DNA of 64,000 bases, from contig OY970075.1 in the NCBI GenBank assembly GCA_963705385.1, forward strand, positions 381,673 through 445,672, read 5' to 3'. Shown in pieces: positions 38,184 to 47,505 of this stretch (its first letter is position 1; each line of letters begins with the position of its first letter). The notes beneath the pieces are model-generated. The model made no database searches, was not told the DNA's origin, and worked only from the letters and a program-made list of their open reading frames with translations. The stretch is from an uncultured Cytophagales bacterium. GTDB taxonomy: Bacteria; Bacteroidota; Bacteroidia; Cytophagales; Amoebophilaceae. The position numbers and the translations under genes were made by a program.

Positions 38184-39500
38184 CTAATTCCCTGAACGCA
38201 GCTGATATAGGTTATTAGGGTTGTACAAAAAGTAAAAATCTCTTGGATCTAATTGAGGTAAGTAGATAACACTACTTTTTGGGTCTTGAGCAGTGCCTTC
38301 TGAGCTAAAGTAATCCTCGTAATATTTTTTATCAGTATAGTCAGTAGGGTCAGGCATTTTGCGCATGCTACTATTGTGGATGCCATCAATAACATTGTCG
38401 ATCCATTTCAAGTCTTTGGCGTCTTCTGCAAACTCCGACCAGTCGCCATGAACTGATTTTTCATAAAACTTTTTGTCTAACTCTTGAAGAGAAACACCCA
38501 TTTTTTTGGCTAACGACCCTCCTATACGCTCCCACCATTTTTTAAGTTCTTCGTATAACTCTTTTTGCTCTCTTACATTCAGCGATCCCATAGTGAACAT
38601 GCAAGGCTGGTGATGCAAGACCACTGCGTTAGGATAAGCATAAGATTTTTCTGCTAATGAGGCGATACAAGCAGCCATGGAGGCTGCAAAGGATTTAATG
38701 ATTACCTGTACTGGAGCCTGACTGTTTTGTATGGCCTTGATGATACGCCAGCCTGCCATAACAGAACCGCCTGGAGAGGATCCAATCACCACAAAAATAG
38801 GATGGTCACTGTCTTTATTGTTAAAGTATTGAATACGATCTACAATGTAGTTAGCCTTCCAAGGGGTAATTACCCCATTCAATTCAATACAACGATCAGA
38901 GATAACTAATATGCCATCTTTGCCTAAGGGCTCTTTTAAATAAACAGGTTCTCCATCAGCATGTTGAGCGCGTTCTTTCCTGACTTTGGTTTGCTCCATT
39001 TCTGCATAAAGCTGTTTTGTCCCTGTCTCGAGTAGATTCAACTTACTGCAAAGCTCAATAGTGCTGAGGTTAAATTTTTCTACTGTCTTCAACAACTTCA
39101 CTTGAGAGAGCTCTATTTCTTGCATCAGCTTTTCTTTTTGCTGATTTATTACAAGCATTCCTTGCTCATGTTCTTGTTGATATCTTTCTCTTTCCAACGC
39201 CCACTTTAGTGCCATAGCTTCTTTTTCTACCCTGGCCCGCTCAATTTCTGACCTGAGTTCCACCAATTCTCTTTCCAAGCGCGCTCTGATTAAGGCAGTT
39301 TCTAGCTCAATTTTTCTTCGTTCCTTCTCTTGTTCCTCCAACTTGCAGTCTTCCTCCCCTTTGTAAGCTTGTCCATCTTGTTTACCATAAAGTGCTTCAG
39401 CAGGAGCAGCATTGCCTTGATTTTGAGCGTAGAGCTGGGCTGTTAAAATATTGAAATAGACAAGGAGTGCAAAGGCTGTAAGAATTATTCGCATAGCCAT
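38184..39500 (-). CDS. secreted ClpP/S14-like serine peptidase with a long N-terminal coiled coil
   Basis: A signal-like N-terminus (MAMRIILTAFALLVYFNILTAQLYAQ) is followed by ~150 aa of heptad-like E/K/R/L-rich sequence. A ClpP-like core follows: PIFVVIGSSPGGSVMAGWRIIKAIQNSQAPVQVIIKSFAASMAACIA...VVLHHQP, with the nucleophile Ser and the His in conserved positions. Confidence 0.7.
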   Translation of the reverse strand: MAMRIILTAFALLVYFNILTAQLYAQNQGNAAPAEALYGKQDGQAYKGEEDCKLEEQEKERRKIELETALIRARLERELVELRSEIERARVEKEAMALKWALERERYQQEHEQGMLVINQQKEKLMQEIELSQVKLLKTVEKFNLSTIELCSKLNLLETGTKQLYAEMEQTKVRKERAQHADGEPVYLKEPLGKDGILVISDRCIELNGVITPWKANYIVDRIQYFNNKDSDHPIFVVIGSSPGGSVMAGWRIIKAIQNSQAPVQVIIKSFAASMAACIASLAEKSYAYPNAVVLHHQPCMFTMGSLNVREQKELYEELKKWWERIGGSLAKKMGVSLQELDKKFYEKSVHGDWSEFAEDAKDLKWIDNVIDGIHNSSMRKMPDPTDYTDKKYYEDYFSSEGTAQDPKSSVIYLPQLDPRDFYFLYNPNNLYQLRSGN

Positions 39501-39566
39501 TTCAAGTGAAGGGTTTAAAGTTGGAACAGGTGAATATGCATTGCTGCCTGCTTCACAATTACTGGG

Positions 39567-39639
39567 TTGTCCGGCCAGGGGTCGAACCTGGACTCTTCTG
39601 GACCAAAACCAGACGTGTTGCCAATTACACTACCGGACA
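39567..39639 (-). tRNA. tRNA-Gln (anticodon UUG)
   Basis: The reverse complement is TGTCCGGTAGTGTAATTGGCAACACGTCTGGTTTTGGTCCAGAAGAGTCCAGGTTCGACCCCTGGCCGGACAA, with anticodon loop TTTTGGT. Confidence 0.9.
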
Positions 39640-39946
39640 TTACTAGTCGTCCACAAAAATAGACTAAGTTTTTAGAATTGGAAACAAGTCTTCAAATACC
39701 AGTAGATAACTTATTTAAGGAGATATGGCAATAGATAGCATGATTTGTTAAAAAGAAGCACTTTATGCTATATCCATCAGGTCAGGAATGCCAAAAAGGT
39801 TAAATATGAACCTCTAAAAAATGGAAACCTATAGGGCTCTTATGCTTACCTATGCTGATTTTAGGCTCTTTAGGTAGTATCAGAAATCCAGCGAAAAGCA
39901 AATATGCCGTGGCTTCCCGTCCTCTTTGTTAAAATAAAACGACAAA

Positions 39947-40216
39947 GTGGCTATCGCAGCACCAACCTTTTGGTATCAAGATGTAGCGGGAATAGCTGGA
40001 AAGGCTGCGCAAATTTTCCAGTCATGGGGGCTAGAAGTAATGCTTGGCGAACATGCAATGAAAAGGTACTATAAATTTGCTGGAGAAGACTCTTTAAGGT
40101 TCAAAGACCTACAAATAGATTTTTTCTATAAGTCGCCTAGAGCAGCAAATTCTGGGTATACAGGTAGAGAAAGGTTCAGTACAAAGTTGCTTAGCTGGGT
40201 TGAATATTTTGCGTAA
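39947..40216 (+). pseudogene. LD-carboxypeptidase (LdcA/S66 family) N-terminal fragment, truncated
   Basis: IAAPTFWY...AAQIFQSWGLEVMLGEHAMKRYYKFAGEDSLRFKDLQ resembles the N-terminal block of S66 peptidases (APSS...LexlGfxVxxGxH...ylAGtDexRaxDL). Only ~89 aa of the expected ~300 remain. The sequence then degenerates and stops just before the SRP RNA. Confidence 0.55.
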
Positions 40217-40235
40217 TGTAGCTAGTTTAGCAGCG

Positions 40236-40327
40236 GCAAATCGGTACGACCAGCTCCCACTGAACTCCCCCAGGTCTGGAAAGAAGCAAGGGTAAGTGGT
40301 TGTAGCGGTGCGATACTCGATTTGCCT
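40236..40327 (+). ncRNA. ffs: signal recognition particle RNA (small 4.5S type)
   Basis: The terminal helix GGCAAATCG...CGATTTGCC closes a ~92-nt hairpin. Its apex, CCAGGTCTGGAAAGAAGCAAGGG, matches the conserved SRP domain IV (CCAGGUCxGGAAxGAAGCAxxxG, GGAA tetraloop, AGCA). It is followed by TTTTTATTT. Confidence 0.72.
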
Positions 40328-40474
40328 TTTTATTTGCCTATTGGTTGATTTTTATCAAGTTTCCTCTCCTTTGCTCGACTACTAACTGTGCTGCCCCAAT
40401 CATAATCAGAGCAAAAAATAAATACCCTTATAAGCCGACGGCTAGATAAATTAATAAGCTAATCAGATAAATCA

Positions 40475-41179
40475 ATGAGTAGCCGTTCCATTATTCAAGT
40501 CAAAGGGCTCACCATATTTCATGGCATGAAGCCTGTTTTACAAGATGTACACTTTGGCATTGACCGAGGTGAATTTGTTTTTCTTATTGGTAGGACAGGA
40601 AGTGGCAAGACTTCGCTATTAAAGACTCTGTATGTAGATCTGCCTGTGAGGACAGGAGAGGTCTATGTAGCAGGCTTTGAGTTAAGCAAGGTTAAAAGCT
40701 CTAAAATACCCTTTCTGCGCAGGAAGCTAGGAATCATTTTCCAAGATTTTCAGCTACTGACGGACAGAAACATAGAGGAAAACCTTAGGTTTGTATTGAG
40801 GGCCACAGGCTGGAGAGATAAGGCAGCCATGCGACAAAAAGTAGGCGAAGTACTCATGAGGGTAGGGTTGGACTGGGCCCGTAAAAAGATGGCCCATCAG
40901 CTTTCAGGTGGAGAGCAGCAACGGGTGGTAATCGCGCGTTCTCTGCTTAATGATCCTGCTATTCTTTTGGCTGATGAACCTACTGGTAATCTTGACCCTG
41001 AGGTAGCCCAGGGAATACTATCCCTTTTCATAGAAATTAACCGAGGAGGTACTGCTGTCTTGATGGCTACGCACAATTATTATTTAATCGAAAGGTACCC
41101 TGCCAGAGTACTGAAGTGCAACAATGGATACGTTACAGATTTTCCTAAGGCTGCTGAAGGAGTAAGAAACATTTTGTAA
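40475..41179 (+). CDS. ftsE: cell division ATP-binding protein FtsE
   Basis: ABC ATPase with GRTGSGKTSLLK, LSGGEQQRVVIARSL and LLADEPTGNLD motifs. The ~230 aa size and sequence are typical of FtsE. Confidence 0.88.
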   Translation: MSSRSIIQVKGLTIFHGMKPVLQDVHFGIDRGEFVFLIGRTGSGKTSLLKTLYVDLPVRTGEVYVAGFELSKVKSSKIPFLRRKLGIIFQDFQLLTDRNIEENLRFVLRATGWRDKAAMRQKVGEVLMRVGLDWARKKMAHQLSGGEQQRVVIARSLLNDPAILLADEPTGNLDPEVAQGILSLFIEINRGGTAVLMATHNYYLIERYPARVLKCNNGYVTDFPKAAEGVRNIL

Positions 41180-41280
41180 AGCACTTAGAAACAGCCAACC
41201 TTTGGGTTGGTGGCAACGCTGAAGATGCTAGCCCCATAACATTGCTTCCTTTTATTGTAAGCTAAGTTCGTAGCGCTTTG

Positions 41281-42141
41281 CTAAGTAGTTTCTCTCATTT
41301 TGTAAAAGAGGTTCAATAAGATTCCAACTAGTACTAGGCCCATACCCAGTAATTTCACCCAAGGAAAAGTCTCGTCCAAGAATAAATAGCTAAATAGCAA
41401 AGCATAAATGACAGCTGTATAAGAAACAGTAGATACTTGAGCTATAGGAGCCAGCTGGTAGGCCCTGACGGTGCAATAGTGCGCCATATATGCTAGGAGA
41501 CCAACAAGGCCAATAGGTAACCACTCTCGTGGTTGTGGTGGCACAAAGTCATACAAAAGGTAGCCACTAGTAACTAGGACAGAGATAAAAGAGGCATAAA
41601 ATACTACAACCACAGGATGCTCATTTGTATGCATTTTCCTGACTATGTTGTGCGCAGCCCCCCTGACAAGGGCGCTGGCAAGCCCTAGTAAGTTGTACAA
41701 AAAAGAAGCTCCTAAATCAAAACCGTTCATACAAACTACTCCCAGAAATGAAATGAAAATGAAAACCCATTGCCAAGGAGACACGTGCTCTTTGACAATG
41801 GCAATGCCCAAGACCGTAGCAAATATAGGTGATGTATAATGTAGGGTAATAGCGCTAGATAAAGGAATATTTTGTAAGGTGATAAAGAATAGGGCCGTAC
41901 TTACGGTCCCTGCTACAGCCCGCATGAGTAGTAGCTTACGGTTTTTACCTTTAACAGGTATTTTGTAATAGCACAGGGTAGTATAGCTAGCTATTAAAGT
42001 TACAGCAGCTTCTAAAAAAAGAATTTCTACAGCAGGAATACGGCTTATCCCCTTGACTCCTAGCCCTACTAACGAGACAAAGAAAGGAGCTAGCAGCATG
42101 TACCCCTTACCTTTGGAGATATGTATAAAAAATTTGGTCAA
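41281..42141 (-). CDS. EamA/DMT-family transporter
   Basis: 286 aa with about 10 hydrophobic helices arranged as two EamA-like halves. Confidence 0.75.
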   Translation of the reverse strand: MTKFFIHISKGKGYMLLAPFFVSLVGLGVKGISRIPAVEILFLEAAVTLIASYTTLCYYKIPVKGKNRKLLLMRAVAGTVSTALFFITLQNIPLSSAITLHYTSPIFATVLGIAIVKEHVSPWQWVFIFISFLGVVCMNGFDLGASFLYNLLGLASALVRGAAHNIVRKMHTNEHPVVVVFYASFISVLVTSGYLLYDFVPPQPREWLPIGLVGLLAYMAHYCTVRAYQLAPIAQVSTVSYTAVIYALLFSYLFLDETFPWVKLLGMGLVLVGILLNLFYKMRETT

Positions 42142-42436
42142 AAAGTTATTGATGATTAGGGGGTATTGGCAATAAGTGCCTGTTCATGGTGGACAAAGTT
42201 ACAAAACCTTCTTTGGTTGTAAACCACCTGCCTCCCCCTTCCTTTACTACATAGATAGGGCATGCCACAAGTAAATCCGTCCATTTATCCTGGTGAAGTT
42301 GAGAATCTTTGAAGTATACGGTTCTGGTAGGTAATATTCGCTCAGAGGAAGCTATGGCTTGCGTATGACTCTTGCCACTCTATTTAGCTTTCGACTAGGT
42401 AGGGATGGGGAAAAAGTTTGGCTCAATATACTAGGT

Positions 42437-43219
42437 TTATTTTAGGAGCCCTTCAGCTGCTTCCCTTAGGGCTTTAATCTTGTTAATCTTATTGATTATT
42501 GCTACTCGATGGCTGAGCTTCTCAGTTTTATTTGCACTGATATCCATTCCTGTGGTTAGTGCTGTCTCGGCACCTTCTGTGAAGATCTTTAAATATTGCT
42601 TGCTTACTGCTCTATTTTTAAGCCTCTCTGTGAATTTTTCTAAAGACCCAAGGGTTTGTGATTTTGCTGTTTCTTTACGTACAGCTTCTATTTCCTCAGG
42701 TTTTAACTCCTCTATAATTGCAAGTAAATCTAGCTGCAATTGACTAACCAGTTTCTTATCCTTCCTTCTTTGAGGGGAGATGGGAGATGGTGTTTCTGCT
42801 TGAGAACCACACGACGCGCCTTCATAGTCACACGGCGCATCTCTTCGGTAGTCGATTGTATAAGTTTTTTCTCCTACATCGCAAGCCTCTCCTTCTTTAT
42901 CATATCCTTCATCATAAGTTTCTCTTTCTTCGTCGCTATTTGGCCTAGTACTACTATCTAAACTGTCAAAAAAGGGTATATAAGGACCCTTCTCCCCGGG
43001 TGGTGGTCCATTAAACGCTGTAGGGTAAAAGCTAGGTAGGTCTGTGTGTTTGCCTTCCTCTGGAGTTTCTGCCTGAGCTGGAGTGCGGCGTTGTCCTAAA
43101 TTGCCCAAATAGCTATTATCGCTACATCCATTGAGTATAAGCATTAGGTTGATGAGCAGCAGTGTAAAAAAGACGTATTTTTTCACAGTTTTTGTTACTT
43201 GGATAAGTAGATGCAGCAC
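42437..43219 (-). CDS. hypothetical lipoprotein (orphan)
   Basis: A lipobox-like LILNGC follows a hydrophobic segment. The middle is acidic, Pro-rich and contains cysteines, and the C-terminus is helical. I recognise no family. Confidence 0.45.
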   Translation of the reverse strand: MLHLLIQVTKTVKKYVFFTLLLINLMLILNGCSDNSYLGNLGQRRTPAQAETPEEGKHTDLPSFYPTAFNGPPPGEKGPYIPFFDSLDSSTRPNSDEERETYDEGYDKEGEACDVGEKTYTIDYRRDAPCDYEGASCGSQAETPSPISPQRRKDKKLVSQLQLDLLAIIEELKPEEIEAVRKETAKSQTLGSLEKFTERLKNRAVSKQYLKIFTEGAETALTTGMDISANKTEKLSHRVAIINKINKIKALREAAEGLLK

Positions 43220-43266
43220 GTGATAGTTTATATAATTAGTATTCCGCTACAAGCAAGGCTTTTGGG

Positions 43267-43929
43267 CTATGCTACTAGCCTGCCATCTTGGATGAGGAGC
43301 TTCCGGTCTGCCATGTCGGCAAAGGCTTGGTGGTGAGTGGCTAATACAAAGGTTTTTCCCAGTTTTTCCCGCAGCTTAAAAAATAGGGCATGCAGTGCGG
43401 TGGCATTCTTAGAGTCTAAGCTGCCACTGGGTTCATCGGCGAAAATAATTTTAGGGTCGTTCATCAGTGCTCTGGAAATGGCTACCCTTTGTTGCTCTCC
43501 TCCAGAGAGTTCGCTCGGTTTGTGGTATAGCCGGTCTGCTAGGTTGAGCATTACTAGCAGTTTTTGTGCCTGAGCCTCTACTTTTTTTCTAGGTAGGCCC
43601 CGGATGTATCCGGGCATGCCTACATTTTCTAGGGCTGTAAACTCGGGTAACAGGTTGTGAAACTGAAATACAAAACCGATATGCTGATTTCTAAAAGCAG
43701 ACAGTTGGTTTCCCTGTAGTGCCACCAGATCTGTATCACCTAGCTGTAAAGCGCCCTGGTCGGGCTTGTCTAGAGTAGCTAGCACATGGAGTAGGGTACT
43801 CTTGCCTGCTCCAGAAGCACCCATGATGGCCACTATCTCCCCTGCTGCCACGCTTAGGTCAATGCCTTTAAGTACCTGGAGCTTGTTGTAGCATTTAGTA
43901 ATTCCCTGGGCTGTGAGCATTGCTAGCAT
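43267..43929 (-). CDS. ABC transporter ATP-binding protein, LolD-like
   Basis: GASGAGKSTLLH, LSGGEQQRVAISRAL and IFADEPSGSLD motifs. The track start is a TTG at 43962. The ATG at 43929 or the one at 43920 is more likely. Confidence 0.85.
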   Translation of the reverse strand: MLAMLTAQGITKCYNKLQVLKGIDLSVAAGEIVAIMGASGAGKSTLLHVLATLDKPDQGALQLGDTDLVALQGNQLSAFRNQHIGFVFQFHNLLPEFTALENVGMPGYIRGLPRKKVEAQAQKLLVMLNLADRLYHKPSELSGGEQQRVAISRALMNDPKIIFADEPSGSLDSKNATALHALFFKLREKLGKTFVLATHHQAFADMADRKLLIQDGRLVA

Positions 43930-44024
43930 TAAAGGCCTTGATCCATACCGCAAAAGTACCAAAAATATTGGCCAAGAAACAAGAAAGTTGTAGCTTTACT
44001 TTTCCCCACCCAGATCAATAACCT

Positions 44025-44098
44025 GCGCTCGTAGTTCAACTGGATAGAACGTCGGATTTCGGCTCCGAAGGTTGAGGGTTCAAGTCCTTCCGAGCGCG
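44025..44098 (+). tRNA. tRNA-Arg (anticodon UCG)
   Basis: GCGCTCGTAGTTCAACTGGATAGAACGTCGGATTTCGGCTCCGAAGGTTGAGGGTTCAAGTCCTTCCGAGCGCG. The anticodon stem is TCGGA/TCCGA and the loop is TTTCGGC. Confidence 0.9.
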
Positions 44099-44139
44099 CA
44101 GTACTATATCAACTTTTTACATCAAGACAGCTGATTAAC

Positions 44140-45624
44140 ATGCCTTCTAGAGGTCGACGCGCTATTGTGATAGGAGCAGGATATGCAGGGCTTGCTGCTG
44201 CTGCTTGCCTGGCTCAAGCAGGCTTTGAGGTGACCATACTAGAGAAAAATAGCCAGGCTGGCGGCAGAGCGCGTATGTTTGAAGCACAGGGCTTTCGTTT
44301 TGATATGGGACCGAGTTGGTACTGGATGCCTGATGTACTAGCATCTTTTTTCAACAAGTTTGGTAAGTCCACAGCTGACTATTATGCCCTTAAGCAGCTA
44401 GATCCGTCGTACGCTGTGTTTTTTAGCCCAGACCAGGTAGCATACCTACCAGCACAGCCCGAAGCGCGCATGCAGCTGTTTGAGACCTATGAAAAAGGTA
44501 GTGGTGCCCGATTACAACGATTTTTAGAGGAAGCAGCATACAAATACCAGGTAGGTATGCAAGAACTCGTTTACAAGCCAGGGCAGTCTTTGCTGGAGCT
44601 GGCTGACCTTAGAATCCTGAAAGGGCTCTTCCGGCTTCACCTTTTTCAATCTTTTCATCGCTATATTAGAAAGTACTTTAAACAGGAACAACTACTACAG
44701 CTGCTAGAATTTCCAGTACTCTTTTTAGGGGCTACTTCCCAAAAAACGCCTGCACTGTACAGCCTAATGAACTATGCAGACATTGTCCTGGGTACGTGGT
44801 ATCCTATGGGAGGGATGCACGAGCCTGTCAAGGCCATGGTCGAGCTCAATGTGTCGCTAGGGACTAAGCTTGTTCTTAATGCTGAGGTTCATGAATTGAC
44901 GATAGAAGGTAGACGTGTGCAGCAGGTGAAGACAGCCCGCCAGACTTTTGATGCAGATGTAGTGGTTGCCAATGGTGATTATCACTACGTAGAGCAACAC
45001 TTGTTGCCCCCTACTTATAGGACTTATAGTGAAGCTTATTGGGAAAAACGCGTATTAGCTCCTTCGTGCCTACTCTATTACCTAGGGGTGAATAAGCGAT
45101 TGCGACGTTTGCTGCACCACAACCTTTTTTTTCACACCTCACTACAGCAGCATGCTCATGAAATCTATGAGACACCCCAGTGGCCTTCTAACCCTTTGTT
45201 TTATGTTTCCTGCACTTCCCAGACTGATGCTACTGTAGCTCCAGCAGGTTGTGAAAACGTATTTATCCTTGTGCCAGTAGCCCCAGGCCTTCAAGACACT
45301 CCTGTAATCCGTACCAAGTACTTACAGCTGGCTTTGCAAACCATAGAAAAATTTACTGGACAATCCATCAGCAACCACATCGTTTATCAGCAGAGCTATG
45401 CTCACCAAGATTTTGTGCAAGACTACCATGCCTTTAAAGGAAATGCGTATGGTTTAGCGAGCACTTTGTGGCAGACGTCAATTTTTAGGCCTTCGCTACG
45501 CAGTAAAAAAGTGCATAACCTGTACTATACAGGACAGCTGACAGTGCCTGGGCCAGGGGTGCCTCCAGCGATTATCTCAGGGCAGGTAGTAGCCAAAGAA
45601 GTAATTAGAGATTATGCGCTATGA
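44140..45624 (+). CDS. crtI: phytoene desaturase family FAD-dependent oxidoreductase (CrtI/CrtD-like)
   Basis: The N-terminal AIVIGAGYAGLAAAACLAQAGFEVTILEKNSQAGGRA dinucleotide fold is present. The 494 aa length and the C-terminal YYTGQLTVPGPGVPPAIISG motif are typical of CrtI. Confidence 0.78.
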   Translation: MPSRGRRAIVIGAGYAGLAAAACLAQAGFEVTILEKNSQAGGRARMFEAQGFRFDMGPSWYWMPDVLASFFNKFGKSTADYYALKQLDPSYAVFFSPDQVAYLPAQPEARMQLFETYEKGSGARLQRFLEEAAYKYQVGMQELVYKPGQSLLELADLRILKGLFRLHLFQSFHRYIRKYFKQEQLLQLLEFPVLFLGATSQKTPALYSLMNYADIVLGTWYPMGGMHEPVKAMVELNVSLGTKLVLNAEVHELTIEGRRVQQVKTARQTFDADVVVANGDYHYVEQHLLPPTYRTYSEAYWEKRVLAPSCLLYYLGVNKRLRRLLHHNLFFHTSLQQHAHEIYETPQWPSNPLFYVSCTSQTDATVAPAGCENVFILVPVAPGLQDTPVIRTKYLQLALQTIEKFTGQSISNHIVYQQSYAHQDFVQDYHAFKGNAYGLASTLWQTSIFRPSLRSKKVHNLYYTGQLTVPGPGVPPAIISGQVVAKEVIRDYAL

Positions 45625-45755
45625 ATCAGGTATGCTACTGGGATGCTGAAGTATGATGCTCGAAATAACAGCTTATTAGCCGCTTTTAGCAGGACTGAAC
45701 TAAAAAGTAAAGGTTGTATAACATGGGCCCTGATTCAATTAATAACTCACTATCA

Positions 45756-46781
45756 TTAAGAGGCTATATTATTACCAATAGCTTTTTGTCCATGCAATAG
45801 GCGCCAAATTTTGTCTTTGAGTAAGCTAATACCCTGGCCAGTGATAGCAGAAATAAAAGTGTGTTCAATACCCTGAGGCAACGCAGTGTCTATTTCTTTT
45901 TTAATTTCTTCGTCTATTAAATCCGTCTTTGAGATAACCAGCAGCCTAGGTTTGTCTAACAGCTCAGGGTTATACTCCCGTAGTTCCTTGGTTAGGGTAG
46001 CGTAGGTCAGCTGGATATCAGGCGTGTCTGCAGCGATAATAAATAATAGTACTGCGTTGCGTTCAATGTGTCTCAAGAAACGCGTTCCTAAGCCTTTTCC
46101 TGCTGCAGCCCCTTCAACAATGCCAGGAATATCAGCCATGACAAAGGATTGGGTAGCTCTGTAGGCCACGATGCCCAGCTGGGGAACTAGGGTGGTAAAA
46201 GGATAAGCAGCTATTTGAGGCTTGGCTGCAGACACAGCTGATAGCAGGGTAGACTTGCCTGCGTTGGGCAGGCCAACCAGGCCCACATCTGCAAGCAATT
46301 TTAATTCTAGAATTATCCAATCTTCACCACCTTGCTGGCCAGGTTGTGCAAAGCGAGGAGTTTGTTGGGTAGCTGACTTAAAGTTGGAATTGCCTAGACC
46401 CCCTTTTCCACCTTCCATCAATACCTGAGGTACACCTTCCTGCGTGATTTCTAGTACCACTTGGCCTGTTGCTGCATGTTTGGCCACCGTACCTAAAGGA
46501 ACCTCTAGGACCACATCAGCACCAGTGACTCCAGACCGACAGCCTCCTTCGCCAGGCTTGCCGTTTTCCCCAGATACGTGTTTTCTATACCTAAGATGCA
46601 ATAAGGTGGATAGTTGTGCATTGCCTTGCAAAATAACGTGTCCTCCTCTACCGCCATCGCCCCCATCAGGACCTCCTTTAGGTACAAATTTTTCTCTTCT
46701 GAAGTGTACAGCACCTGTCCCTCCTTTGCCAGCCCGGACATACAGTTTTACATAATCAATAAAGTTTGGAGTAGCCACCAA
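45756..46781 (-). CDS. obg: GTPase Obg
   Basis: FIDYVKLYVRAGKGGTGAVHFRREKF, GGDGGRGG, GLPNAGKSTLLS. Confidence 0.95.
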   Translation of the reverse strand: MVATPNFIDYVKLYVRAGKGGTGAVHFRREKFVPKGGPDGGDGGRGGHVILQGNAQLSTLLHLRYRKHVSGENGKPGEGGCRSGVTGADVVLEVPLGTVAKHAATGQVVLEITQEGVPQVLMEGGKGGLGNSNFKSATQQTPRFAQPGQQGGEDWIILELKLLADVGLVGLPNAGKSTLLSAVSAAKPQIAAYPFTTLVPQLGIVAYRATQSFVMADIPGIVEGAAAGKGLGTRFLRHIERNAVLLFIIAADTPDIQLTYATLTKELREYNPELLDKPRLLVISKTDLIDEEIKKEIDTALPQGIEHTFISAITGQGISLLKDKIWRLLHGQKAIGNNIAS

Positions 46782-46798
46782 TGGGTTGTTTTATATAG

Positions 46799-47413
46799 TC
46801 AAACTAACTGTAGCTTAGCCATCGCTGCTAGGATGTGCTCAAAAATTGTGTCAATGTCTCCTACTCCATTGACCTTGAAGAGTTTGTTTTGCTGGGCATA
46901 GTATTGGGCCACTGGCAAAGTCTCTTCAGAATATATACGCATCCTTGTAGCAATCTTTGATTCATCCTGGTCATCGACCCGCCCTGCTAGCTTAGCCCTT
47001 AATTTGAGCCTTGAGCCTAGTTCTACTTCTGGTACTTCTAGCAAAATAGCGCCGTCAATCTGCATTTGATAAGAGTAAAGCTTCTCCTCAAGAAGCTTAG
47101 CCTGGTCAATGCTTCGTGGGAAACCATCGAATAGAAATCCATGGCCGTCCTTTTTCGTTTTGAGCTGTTCTTCTATAACAGCAAATACTAATGCATTCGG
47201 TGCTAGTTTACCTTCGTTGATATAGTGCGCTACTTGCTGCGCCAAGGCTGTTCCTTGGCTTATTTGGGTGCGTAGCAATTCGCCAGGTGAAATGTGGGTG
47301 AGCTGATATTTTTGGACTAGCTTTTTGCTTTGCGTTCCCTTACCAGCTCCTGGCGGCCCGAAAAATACCAAATTAACCACATTTTTTTTGGGCGATTTAG
47401 TGATTGTATCCAT
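46799..47413 (-). CDS. adk: adenylate kinase (short-lid form)
   Basis: The P-loop is FFGPPGAGKGTQ and the DGFPR motif is present. Length is 204 aa. Confidence 0.9.
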   Translation of the reverse strand: MDTITKSPKKNVVNLVFFGPPGAGKGTQSKKLVQKYQLTHISPGELLRTQISQGTALAQQVAHYINEGKLAPNALVFAVIEEQLKTKKDGHGFLFDGFPRSIDQAKLLEEKLYSYQMQIDGAILLEVPEVELGSRLKLRAKLAGRVDDQDESKIATRMRIYSEETLPVAQYYAQQNKLFKVNGVGDIDTIFEHILAAMAKLQLV

Positions 47414-47505
47414 TTGTTAGTTGATTCTAATTTACTAGCTTAATGATCGCACATACACTTTAGTAGCGCTGCTCAATAAAATCACTGACCAGCTTGATTG
47501 ACAAA

